From positions 38,378,001 to 38,442,000 of the forward strand of contig NC_135671.1 of the NCBI RefSeq assembly GCF_964188315.1: a stretch of DNA of 64,000 nucleotides. Direction: 5' to 3'. The DNA comes from Podarcis muralis (taxonomy: Eukaryota). The position numbers and the translations under genes are program-made. Below the pieces are notes generated by a model. The model was not told where the DNA came from and did not search any database. It saw nothing but the letters and a program-made list of their open reading frames with translations. Positions 34,503 through 46,392 of the stretch are shown here, piece by piece; within the stretch, counting starts at the first letter, position 1, and the number at the start of each line of letters is the position of its first letter.

Positions 34503-36616
34503 ACTCATTCTCTAACTCTTTGTCCTGATAGGATTGTTGCAGGACTAACATAGAATAATGCGCTATAGGCTACCCTGATCCAAGAGGAAGAGTGGGATAT
34601 TAACGAGCAAAGAAAACATTACCTCCTCACCACCTCCTCACAGCACTTGTCTGTGCATAGGATCAAGGTAGCATGTGAGCCAGGAATACACACTGTTCAG
34701 CAGCCGGAATCTCTGCCACCTTCAAACGGTTGCCTTAGGATTTTGGCGTACGAGGCAGAAATGTGTACAAATGGTACGCATTCTCTACTGCTGACTAGTA
34801 TGAGGCACAGCCCACCAGGTCATTCACCTAAACGGGCTGAACAGTAATGCATGGGAGCTGCAAGAAAAGGCAGCAGTGCTCTCTTTTCTCTGTGCGGCAG
34901 ACCAGCTTCCCAGTGCGTTGGGCCTCATGGACCTTCTCCCACCTTGTCACTCCTAAGGGCACCCCGGTCCTCGCTGCCATGGTACCTTTGGGATCTTCTC
35001 TGATTGTGGGGATTGCAGAGGCTGAATTTGTGGGTTCGTGGCTCCCATGGTACACAACTGTGTGAAGGAAAAAATAGTGAATGGAAATGCATGAAGTCTC
35101 CTTAAGGAAAAGTGGAATTCTCTTAATAACCTTGTTTCTCCCAGCCCAGCATTTGCAGGTACTGTCATTGGGTCTGGAGATATGCAGTCCTTGAAACCAG
35201 TGTAAAGGAAAAACATTATAACATGACTAAACTCTGGAATAAAACTGAATATAAATCAGCATTATTAAGTAAAAATGAGTGGAAGCCAGAACTGCTCGAT
35301 GAGTAGTCATTAACTGCTGGTCGCTAAGCCTGCATGCTTTCAAATGTCTTTCCACAACCATGAGGGCTAGAAACCTATTCCTTCATTTTGGGCACAAAAT
35401 ATAAGATTATCAGAAATACAACTTCTTTGCCAGTCTGATCAATGCTTTGAATGAGAAATTTCAAATATCAAGAAAGTGGTTGCTTTCTTTCTTAGTAGAT
35501 TAAAAAAAAGTAGTTCCATCTTTATCTTTCTCCCCCTTCTAAACAGTCTCTTTTGCTCAGATATTTATTGGAAGCTGGTCAAAATTACCAGCTTTAGGAA
35601 GCATTTGGATTGAGAGTACTTCCAGGGAGGGGGCTTGGTGGGCAGTACACCATTTCAGGGAGGCCTGCTTTGGGTCAGTTTCTGGATAACTGCCTGAAAA
35701 GGCCCAAATTTTTGCCAGTGCAACTAGACTCTTAATTTCCGCCACTCTGCATCTGTGCAAGACCCAGCCCATCAGGGCTTCTGTTACTGTACTCAGCAAC
35801 TGCCCCACAGTCAATTCCCACTCCCAAGAGGAAATCATCAGTGTTCTTTCCCCGGCAAACCCTGATATAAAATACAAGCTACAGCAAGCAATGATCTTTT
35901 TTTAAAAAAACAAAACAAAAACAGATTTGCCCCAGGCTGAAATTCCCTTGGGGGAGAGGGGAAAGGAGAAAAGAGGGTTTGATAACAGGCATGCGTTATG
36001 GTCAGAAGGTCCGTTAATACATCTGTTGGTTGGTATCATATATATATATTTAGGATAATAGATGTCTAGATTATTCCTCTTTTTTCCTTTTTCCTTTTTT
36101 TTTTTTGTTCTTTTTCCGGTGCAAATATAGTTCCTTTTTTAAACTTTTTTTTGGGGGGGAGGGGAAACCTGAAAAGAGGTCCCAGAAATAAATCAAAGCA
36201 ACCCCCAAACGGGGGATTATCGTGGGTTCGGTGAGTGTGTTTTGTGTCCAAAGAGAAACGAAGAACAGACTAGAGAAATGGGTGGTTGTTTTTTTTCCTG
36301 TACACCCTCCGGGACTCAGCCACAAACCCCTCATGGGTGATTCTGAAGAAAACTTTTCTCCCCCTTCACAGTTTGTCTATCGCTTTTCATTGCATCCATT
36401 CAGTTTCTCGTCTTCATTTGCCTGAGCCAACCAGTGGCAGAAACCGTGTCCATTTCCACCCCGTTAAGAGAAAAAACCTCCAGTGTCAAGAGGAGAAACG
36501 CCATCTCCTGCCCGCTTTCTTTCCTGACTCACTCAGCTAGTCCTTGTCTCCCAGGAGGAACTGAGCACCCCTGCTGTGCACAAAGTCATTTTGACTGGTT
36601 GCATGGTGGGGTTGTG

Positions 36617-36940
36617 TTAGAGGGAAGTTTCCATGCTGTGGAGCGGGCTAACAGGGCTGGACGAGGAGGTAGGTGTCTTGCTGGCATCCGTGCTTAGGTA
36701 GATGCCGCTGTCAATGGCGTTGTTGTTCTTGTTGGGGGATGGTGGGGGACTGGCCCGGAAGCGCCGTCTCGGGGGACCCTCGCTCTCCTCCACGTCTGTA
36801 TCATCAATGAGGGGGATGTTGTGGATGTAGTCGTTGATCAAGAACTCGGGCGTTGTCATGAAGTTATGGATGGAGGTCTTCGTATCTGGCTTCTCCAGCC
36901 CTTCGTAGAGGGAACTACGGAACGCTTTCACTACGCGGAT
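36617..36940 (-). CDS. ATP2B3: PMCA3 terminal coding exon (b-type tail)
   Basis: [49 protein letters not shown]...[14 protein letters not shown]...[10 protein letters not shown]. Carries the second half of the CaM-binding domain and the PDZ ligand ETSL. Acceptor ttccctgcAG. Confidence 0.97.
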   Translation of the reverse strand: MRVVKAFRSSLYEGLEKPDTKTSIHNFMTTPEFLINDYIHNIPLIDDTDVEESEGPPRRRFRASPPPSPNKNNNAIDSGIYLSTDASKTPTSSSSPVSPLHSMETSL

Positions 36941-38009
36941 CTGCAGGGAAGGCCAAGAGGAAAGAGAAGAGAGAGAATGAGAGCTTGACTCTTGAGAGCT
37001 GGAACTGACGCCAGGCCACATTGGTGGGACTTGCTAACTTTGTCCTTTGCCAAGCTGGCTTGGTCAAGGAGAAGGCTGAGGAGAAGGGATAGGACCTTGC
37101 AGTCCTAACACTTAACTTTCCTCCTCATTCCAGCCCATGTGAGTGCAGGCCAAGCATTGTCAGTGGTTCTCCAGGGTTTCATAAATATCTCAGGTGAATT
37201 TGTTTTCAGCCCTGCTAGCTAATTGAGGGCACTTCTATGCTACAAAACAGCATATATCAGCTTTATACCAGTTTAACTGTCATGGCTTCCCTCAGCAAAT
37301 TGAAGCACAGTGAGGGGGCTAAGAATTCTGTATGCCCCTAATTCCAATTAAAGAGTTACGATTTCATGGGAATGACTGTTAAGCCAGGATAAGTCTGTGG
37401 TGTTGTACATTTTAAGGTGATGGTAACTTGGACGTAAGCTAAGCCATACAAATGTTGTGTGCTGCATAAGCTCTGCTCTGACCCGCCTTTCATAGGCTAT
37501 AAGCAGAAGCAAAGAGGCCAAAGAAAGGCTTGTGCAGCTTTATACTGTTCTTGATACCACCTCCCGCCACCCTACTTCATTTTCTTTGGCTCCTAAGTCC
37601 CAAGGCCCGACTCAAAGCTGGTGGAAAGAGCGGACAACCAGCCCCTCTGCTTTCTTAACTATAACCAGTTTCCGTGTGTTTTGTTGTTCTTTATTTTCCA
37701 TTTCCTCGCCATACCTGGGATATTATTTACGATTCCTGGTGGACATTGATGGAAGGGGTGATTGGGGAGAAAGGTGAGGGGGACTAAAGGAGCCCTCATC
37801 AGCAGTGAAGAACTAAAAAAACTAAAAGGGATGAGAAGAAGAATCAATAGAAAAAATGGCAAGTGCGGATGGTTAGAACAGGAATGGGGGAGGGTGTTAT
37901 GTGGCCAACATTTTTTTATTGGGTGAAACAATCTAGTGGCTTTGTAAGGGACAGACAGTGGAGGGTGGAAATGAATTTAATCTAAAGAAAGTGAGAGAAC
38001 GGAAAAGAA

Positions 38010-38011
<2 letters not shown>

Positions 38012-38059
<48 letters not shown>
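38012..38059. repeat. (TG)24 microsatellite; (CA)24 in ATP2B3 pre-mRNA
   Basis: Direct observation. Confidence 0.95.
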
Positions 38060-38062
<3 letters not shown>

Positions 38063-40094
38063 TCCTCTACACTCAGGAAAAATCCTGAACTTTTTTCTTT
38101 TGGGGTACAGCATTTCATACCTGCTCTGTTTCTTTGCTGCTTGTTTCCCCCCATCTTCTCGCCCCTCAGTCTGGCAATTGACACAGGCGTTTAAAATTCT
38201 GTTGGGCTCCCCTTAATTTCCTCAGAGTTGAGAACATAGCAGCTAATTTACCAAAGGTGACAGGGGAGTAGCATTTGATTTCCCAGCTTCAGAAAAAAGC
38301 TTAAAATATTCTCAGCCTGTCTGGTTTCACGAACGGAATGAACCTACTGCCTCTTTCAAGGAAGGGCTGGGGGGAAATGGCCCCAAAATAAACAAGCAGT
38401 GTGCTTACTGCCATGTCCATCTTAATCAGCCCTGCAGTGCTTTGTGGGTAAAAATCCTACACAATTCTGCTCCTAGCTCAAAATTTCTGGTGAGTTTTGG
38501 TGTGGGAGAAGGGGGAACACTTTTTCTCCCATGAGAGAGGAGTGGCTCATCTTGATTAGCGCTTAGGAAGCTGGTGGTGGACAAGAGACGCATAATGTGG
38601 ACTCGTCTGCATGCCCAGTGAGCAAAAGAAGTAGGACAGAAGCACAACATTCTAGGGCAGCACATGCAGTTGGGTGCCTTCATGCCACATCATGCTTTAG
38701 GGGCCCAGAATCCAGTTCCTGTACCCAGGAGATGGGGTGGGAAGGATCAAGCTGAGGAGAAGGCCTAAAAGAGAAAGACAAAAAGCAACAAAGCAAAACC
38801 CAGAACCCCAGCACAATTCGGAAGCATGCAGGAAAGGCAGAAATACTGGGTCATATACTGAAAGGTAGCTAAGCAAATAATGATGGAGCTTAGAGAGAAT
38901 ATGGTATTTGAAGGTCTGAGGCTCCTAAATGCTCTTTCCTCCATTGGGAACGATGTGAGGCTATTATGTGAGAAGAGAACCATTTTAGGTTCTACAGTCA
39001 GCAATGAGAAAAATATGGTTCTGTTGCTGTTCATGGTAAAGCAAGGAGTCCTACAACCGACTTTCAGCTTTGCACAGAAAGTGAAAAACAAAACTAGAAC
39101 CCAACATTTTAATGTGGCTGCTCGGAGTAAACTTTTAGTGAATACACACGATTTTTTGCTGGGTGGTAAGGTACTAGATGGTGCACACAACCATTTGGTA
39201 AGCCCATTGTTTCTATTGTTCTGCCAGGTTGTGAGGAAAATCTTCATACTTATCAGAAACCCAGGAAATAAGGGGAGAGGTAAAATTTGTGTTAGCACAT
39301 GATAAAACCATGCTGGCTTAACAAGTGGTTACATGCACACTGGTAAATTACCAGCTAGTAAATGGTCAGCTACATGAAGGGAAAGGGGGCAAGTTCCTAT
39401 GCAATTGTGTAGTCATGAATGTAGCAGGTGCTACATTCTACTTAGGCCTCTCTGGGACTGGGAGTGGAAAGATTTGTTTTAGCATCATATAATAAATCTA
39501 AAAGACTAGGAATATGTCCAGTTTACTCTGTTCCATGCTGGCAATGTCATTACTTTGCTCTTCAACCCTGGCCTCTGATTAGTCAAAGAAGGTAATTATA
39601 TCACCCTGGGTTATATCATGTTTCAGTCCCAGGTATTGGTTGCCTCATTACGTGTTTAACTTGACATTATCTGTTGAGCCTTTCCCCCCTTAGGGTAACA
39701 CTGTGCCCCTGCCATGAGGTAAAGTGAGCTTGTTGCCTCAGGCAGATTTTGTGCACCATTAAGGGCAGCAGAGTTGGAGACCAATCCAAAGCATGAAGCT
39801 CAATCCACCAGGATGTTCTCATGCACAAGTCCCACTAAAATGAAGAACTGCTTCATAATGACACAATGGTTCATTTCAAAAGGGTGTGAATATGAGACAT
39901 TTTCAAGGTTAGTTAGCAGGAGGGAGGCCATGTTGTTTTTCCATCTCAATATGTCTTTGGTCAGCCTTGTCTACCTTAAACATTGCTCTCCTTTTTGGTT
40001 TCATGGCTCTTTCTTGCTCCCTGAACTGTTGGCAGTTGACTATCTTGGACCAGTGACCTCTCGCATATCGCCATCTACAGGGCAAGTTTTAAAC

Positions 40095-40443
40095 GTTTCC
40101 GAGCACAGTTCAAAGTGTTGGTGCTGACCTTTAAAGCCCTAAACGGCCTCAGTCCAGTATACCTGAAGGAGCATCTCCACCTCCATCGTTCTGCCCGGAC
40201 ACTGAGGTCCAGCGCCGAGGGCCTTCTGGCGGTTCCCTCGCTATGAGAAGCCAAGTTACAGGGAACCAGGCAGAGGGCCTTCTCGGTAGTGGCGCCCGCC
40301 CTGTGGAACGCTCTCCCACCAGATGTCAAAGAGAACAACAACTACCAGACTTTTAGAAGACATCTGAAGGCAGCCCTGTTTAGGGAAGCTTTTAATGTTT
40401 AATAGGTTATTGTATTTTAGTGTTCTGTTGGAAGCTGCCCAGA
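40095..40443 (+). mobile_element. L2 LINE 3' fragment
   Basis: Translates to FRAQFKVLVLTFKALNGLSPVYLKEHL...RQRAFSVVAPALWNALP..., a typical L2 ORF2 C-terminus with an in-frame stop. Confidence 0.88.
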
Positions 40444-41383
40444 TTGTTTGGGTTCCCCCTGTCAAAGAAGGTAGACTGCCAATCATCATACTGGAAAGAC
40501 CTAAATCACTCTCAGAACTACATTTCTCAGAGTTCCTTAGGCAGTATCCCACGAGAGGCAAAAAGCTTTTGGGGGGCTGGTGGGGGGGAGAGGGGTTTTT
40601 TTAGTAGATAAAGACCTAAAGGGCAAAGGGTAAAAAGCAAAAATAAAACAGCCCTCCATGCAGCATGTCTTCATGTGCAGTTTGCCTCTAAAACATGAAG
40701 CATCCCTGAAACCAGGGATGCATCACCTTTTCTCTGTCCGGTTCAAATTGTCATAAATGGGTATTGTAACCATACTGTATGTAGCTCACAGGAGAGTTGA
40801 GAGGATGGATTCAATCAGACCTACATAATTTGTAATTCACCAAGCCAGCCCACGAGCTTCCTGTTTTTGGTATCTGCCTGTTTGTGTCAAGTATCTACCA
40901 ACTGGTGGTATCTACACAGCTGGTGGGCTACATTCAATTTGCAGGGCCAAAGGCTGTGCAGAGCTGAATGAAATGGTGCTTTTTCCCTCTTAAGAAGGGA
41001 TGGAAACACAGGATTATTACTGGGGCAGGAAGGGAATCAACTAAAACAATTTGAGTTTTGAAATAGGAATATTGGTCGGGGGGGGGGTTGTTTAAAGGAA
41101 GCTGGTGATGCCATCAGACTACATTCCTAAGCAAGGCATGGACCCACTTGGAGTGCTGCCCTCTTAGGAAAAGGTCCCAGTGTTGTGCTGTGCAGATGGG
41201 AAAGCAAAGTGGTGGATGGTTTGCAGCTGCTGGTACATATAGCAACGCCCCCCCCATGCACCACTGGGAGAGTGCAAGTTTTGGATGGAGGAAGTGGAGA
41301 TGAGGAAGGAGGGGTTGCTTTCATGCTGCAAGAAAACCAGGGCAGAAAACCCCAAACTGTGACTTCAGAGAAGCAAAACAGCT

Positions 41384-41414
41384 CAGACAGACAGACAGAC
41401 AGACAGACAGACAG
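41384..41414. repeat. (CAGA)n microsatellite
   Basis: Direct observation. Confidence 0.95.
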
Positions 41415-42132
41415 TGAAAGATGCCTCCAATCACAGCCTCAGGACACGAAGTGAAGAAAGACCCATGCATTGCTGCAACAGTACGGTAAACTTTCGAGTA
41501 TTGAGGCCCATCCTTGCTGTTTTGGGGAGGAGACAAGGGAAGGGAGGATTATGAGTTCATGCTGTGCCACTGGTGCCTCCGTCCATGCCCCACAGGCTAC
41601 CCTCTTGCCCCTGCCCCAAAGCGGATGGTAAGACACAGAAAAGAAAGATGAGCCAGCAGGTTGAGGGAAAGCAGCAGGTGAGGGGGGCAGGATAGGACCC
41701 TTTTGGAACATAAGGGCTCAAGACACTGGGTATATAGTGGAAATACATATGATTTAGCTCTGCACTAGCAGTTCAGGAAAGGTTACAAAACCCACTGCTA
41801 ACACCCCCCCCCCCGACATGTCTGAATTCCAGACATAAACTGATCAAGTAGCAGATCTGCTTCTGGGAAACTGCAGTTCTCTGACAGGAGCTATGCTTCT
41901 GTAATGGAGAATTCTCACCACCCTTACCAAACTACAGTTCCCAGGTTTCCCAAGGGGAAACTGACCTGGGCCTGCCCCACTAACAGGCTGAAGTTTCAAG
42001 TGTTCCAGATTTCATAGAATTTACTTTGTACTCTAGAACTCAGATGAAACCACTGATTCCTGAAATTGCCTGCCATCCCTTCGTCTCGGCACAGAGCCTG
42101 CCTCTAGGTTCCATATTGTGGTCATGTTAGAG

Positions 42133-42263
42133 CAGGGGTGGAGAACCTGGTAGTCTCCAAATGTTGTTGAGCTCCAGCTCCCATCAGTCCCAACCCAGCA
42201 TACCCAGTGGTCAAGGATGATGGGAATTGCAACATTTGGAGGGCTAGAGGTTCTCCCAGCCTG
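42133..42263. mobile_element. hAT-type MITE (~130 bp)
   Basis: caggggtggagaacct ... aggttctcccagcctg termini, internal hairpin, degenerate 8-bp TSD tgttagag / tgtgacag. Confidence 0.7.
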
Positions 42264-43470
42264 TGTGACAGAACCACTGGCTTTTATAAGATGAAATTTA
42301 GATGCCAGATCTAAACTCCAGCCCTCTTGTGTCTCCAACCTTAGCAAACTCATTCAGCCAGGGGAGTCCTTCAAATTTCAGCAGCACCCTATGCAAGGCA
42401 AAAATTTGGCACCTGACCTTTGCCTTCCTTTCTGCTTAATTCACTACTTCATAGTTGTGGTGCCCTGTGCTGCCCCCCTAGGCTGAATGCCTGGTGCAGT
42501 GGAAATGGTTGTGCTGCCCTAAACCCGCCTCTGATTGAGCTACTGTAGGCATCCCTTGCAAGAGAGCCTTCCTATATTAATGGGGGCTGGACAAGTAGAA
42601 GCTCCTCCCCTCCAAGAATGAATGACACCACTCACATACATGGGTGGAAGTAAAGGCATGTATTCAGGAATACCACATGGATAGGTGAATCCAGTGGGTC
42701 TTCTTCCTCTCAACAGTGTTCTGGATTTTAGCATTTACTTTATTCTAACTTCTGATTGGGGATTTTCCAACTAGATCAACCAGGTCAACCAGGTGGGGCC
42801 TCTGGATTTCAGATCTGCTTTCTCCTTCATTAAGAGGCCCAAATGCCTGGTGACCCTCACTGTCAGCTTTGCTCTCTACACGGTCAGATAGAAACAGTAT
42901 TCTAAAACTGATGTTGCTGGTTTAGCAGGCATCTCTCTCTTCGCTGATCCTAAAGAAGCAGCCACTATAGAAAACCTGGACCTTACATAGCTGAGGGCCA
43001 TGCTAAAATAGCTGAGGGTCTTTCTATCTTTTTCATTCTTTCTTTGTTTGGTGAGGTGGCAAGGGTTCCTGGGAAGGCAGGCTGCATCTTGTACCTGCAT
43101 GTGATGACCCAAGTCCCCATGAGAAAGCAGAAAGCAGCAGTGATGAGATGAAGGTGGCAGGTGAAGAGAAAACGAGGAAAGGGAGTTGGGGGAGGGAGAA
43201 GGGAACACTTTGGCTGGTTTATTGTTTGGGGTTATTGTTTTTTGTGTCTATTTTTTTCTTTTTTCTTTCTTTTTTTTACAAAAACACTACAGGAAATCCC
43301 CGGCTGATACTGAGGTGGTTCCATCCATGATATCTCGGCAGCTGCAAAGGGGAGAGAATAGGAAGGGAAAGTTTGTAAGGGAAAGGTGCAAGGGAGAAGG
43401 AAGAGGGCAGGGGGTTCATGTCAGGCTCGTGAAAAGGGGTTCCAAAAATAGGTTCCAAAAAGGTCCAATG

Positions 43471-43600
43471 CAGCCTTCCCTCACCTGCTTCCATCCACCT
43501 ATTTTGGATTACTGCTCCCATCAGCCTTAGCTACTGAGTTCTGAGGTTGATGGGAGATGCTATCCAAAACTCCTAGAGGGGACCAGGTTAGGGAAGTCTG
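43471..43600. mobile_element. hAT-type MITE related to 42133-42263
   Basis: cagccttccctcacctg ... caggttagggaagtctg termini, degenerate 8-bp TSD gtccaatg / gtctagtg. Confidence 0.7.
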
Positions 43601-44700
43601 GTCTAGTGAATATTGGGCAGCAATATTGCTTAGGTATCCAATAGATCTTAGACTTGGCTATCGAATATTGGGTTTTGTTTTATGTTGCTTTTGTCATGCA
43701 TATTGCGCTTTGTGTATGTAATATGAACTCAGCCTCCCTGGGAAGGTGTTAGTGGAACTGGGAGTGTCTCCCTAATGCTCCCTATTGTCAACTACAACCA
43801 ATTATACCTTGATAACGTTATTAGTACAGACTTCAACTACCACATTCTGGTTCCAGATTTACAAACATGAATCAGAGCCCAACTCTTTACTAGCCCTTGT
43901 TATTACGACAGCAGGATGGCTATTAGTGGGCAACAAAGTCTGTGTTGCCTTATACATGCTTATCTGGGAGCAAGTCCCATTGAATTCAGCTTATTTCTGA
44001 GTAGAGAGGTTTAGGCTTGCAAGTTGTGATTCTGATTATGCACTCCTAGGATGCCTCACGTCATGGCTGAGCTGGCAAATTGTGTACAGATTATAGCTTT
44101 CCAGATCCATGGAGCTGGTATTGTAGAGGCCATACAATGCTTATAATACATGTGCCCCATTTTGTGTGTATGTGCGACTGCTCTCACAGTATTGGCCAAT
44201 TTGATTTTGCAATATAACAAATTCCTGAATGTATAACCAGGACTGCTGTAGTAGATACTTTTACCTCAGCAGTGGAGCACTTGGGTAATTTTAGATTCTG
44301 ACTTATGTGTGATTCTGACTTCTTATGTGTGAGAGATGTCTTTAGAATATTTGATTATTTCAATATGTAGCTAGCCAGTCCTTTTGAGTTTGGGGGTCTC
44401 CTGATCATTCTGCTGAGTAGAACCTTGGACATCTGCCCCAGAATCCTGCCCTGACAATATCACTGCTGTTCATGATAAACACAACTAATTTTGTCTTTCT
44501 AGCTTATGGTCAGGGAAAGTAACGCTATGATAAAAACATATAACCAGACATTTAAATTGAATGAATTTTCTTAAAATAAATATTAAAACTCTGCCCCACT
44601 CTTATTTAAACACTAGCCCTAGCAAATAATGAAATGCACACCCACATCCAGATATGATTCTTACGTAGGGTCTACAATACCTGGCACATCTTTAAGAGTA

Positions 44701-44818
44701 CAGGTAACTCACAACTTACGCACATTTAACTTGTGTGCATTCAGCTTTACATGCTTGGCAAAAAAATGTGCTTTGACTAAATGCAGAATGTAAGCCAGTG
44801 TAAGTTGAGAGTTGCCTG
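44701..44818. mobile_element. Short Tc1/mariner MITE
   Basis: TIRs caggtaactcacaacttac / gtaagttgagagttgcctg, flanked by TA. Confidence 0.75.
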
Positions 44819-44986
44819 TATATCAAAAGAGATGAGCACTTGAGCAGTCAAAGTTTTTCCAAGCAGGCAGCTGCAGCCTTGAAGGAACTTTCACTTGTCA
44901 CCAACTTGGATGTCGGAGTCTGCTATGAATGGCACAGAAGTCTTGCCAATAACTGCTCAGCTCATGTGGATAAGATATGATGTTAA

Positions 44987-45154
44987 GGGCTCGTCCACAC
45001 TTCCACTTGTTCCACTGCTTTTCCACTGGGGAAACCTGCTGTTTACCACTGAATCAGAACAAACCTGTTTTTCTGCAGATTGATGTTTGTCATAATTCAG
45101 CAGTGGGTTTTCCCAGGGGAAAGTGGTGGGACAAGCGGAAGTGTGGACGAGCCC
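44987..45154. mobile_element. PIF/Harbinger-like MITE
   Basis: TIR gggctcgtccacacttcc / ggaagtgtggacgagccc with long imperfect arms, flanked by taa / caa. Confidence 0.75.
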
Positions 45155-46372
45155 CAAGCTACAAGGGGAATGGCAATTGACTTTCCACACTATCAAGAGG
45201 TGTAGTTTTCTGTGCAGGGATCCTGTTGTGTTCTATCCCAACCTGCTGTGGTTGAAGCAATCTGAAATTCATTCACTATAACCCATGCAGTGAGTGGCGT
45301 TTTATGACACCACTTTTTTAAAAAATCATTTTAGATTAGATCTGAAATGTTATTCCACCTTTATTTTCTTTAATGGAAGACAGTTATGCAACAGGAAAAT
45401 GCTGTTAAGTGTCTTTCTGTATTAAGTTGTTATAGTGCTAAAACACTGTAAAATAATAATGCTAACTAGTAATTTGTTGCCACCCTGCCACAGCCCTGTC
45501 TAGGTAAGCTGCAGCAATGCTGGTGTCAAATGGTGTTGTTGTTTTTTTACAGCTCTGCCTACTACCGATGCTATTTCTTTATTTAAAAAAGATGTAATAA
45601 ACTTTTGGGATGTCATCCATTTTATCAACATGGTTAACGGCAGTGGCCAAAAAGGGTTCCTGGTGTATAGGACTATATGCCTCTTTAAGTAAATACATCT
45701 ACGTTTGTGGAAATTGTGTCACTATTCTGTTCATGTCAATTTCACCCTAATCATTTAGTGTAGAAGCACTCTTAAGACAGAAGCATCTGTGCCACCATGA
45801 TAAGAGGAGGAAGGTTGCATTGGAATCTATCAGGCTTTATTCCAAGAGGTGAGGTGAGATAGCTGCCTGCGGCAGTGATTTTAGGTGTCATTAACAGTTG
45901 CAGGACACAATCCACTGGGACGTTCTTGTGCAGCTGCCACTTTGAAATGAACTGTTACATGGGTTTATTCATTTCATTATGACTTGATCAGGGGAGCTGC
46001 TCAGTATTTTGTGCCATGTGCTAATTAGGGGCAGGGAAGAGGGAGGGTGGAAAGTGCAGTTTGGATTTTCTGTTTCATGCACCAAAATGTTTCAGGTGGT
46101 CCCTGTTTATTCTGTGAGCCTGAAATGACAAACTCCCCTTTGGAAAAATTAGGGTGGAGAAACCCATTTGCCATCCACAACATGGTTCCTAAAAAAGAAA
46201 CATAATCATCATCAAAACAAAATAAATCAAAATAACTGACACAGCACTTCCAAGATGCAAGAGGTAGGGGAAAGACCAAAGGCCATTAATGGATATCAAT
46301 TTCCCAAGGAGCAACAGCAGTTCGCTGGAAGGGAGGAAGAGAGTTTAATATAAAGGCAGCATTTAAAGAGAA

Positions 46373-46392
46373 AGAGAGAGAGAGAGAGAGAG
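46373..46392. repeat. (GA)n microsatellite
   Basis: Direct observation. Confidence 0.9.

Larger units (their letters stand above)
32965..36616 (-). other. ATP2B3: Probable ATP2B3 3'UTR (~3.6 kb)
   Basis: Follows the terminal stop codon and has A/T-tract-rich 3'UTR character. The end point is inferred from the poly(A) signal. Confidence 0.5.
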
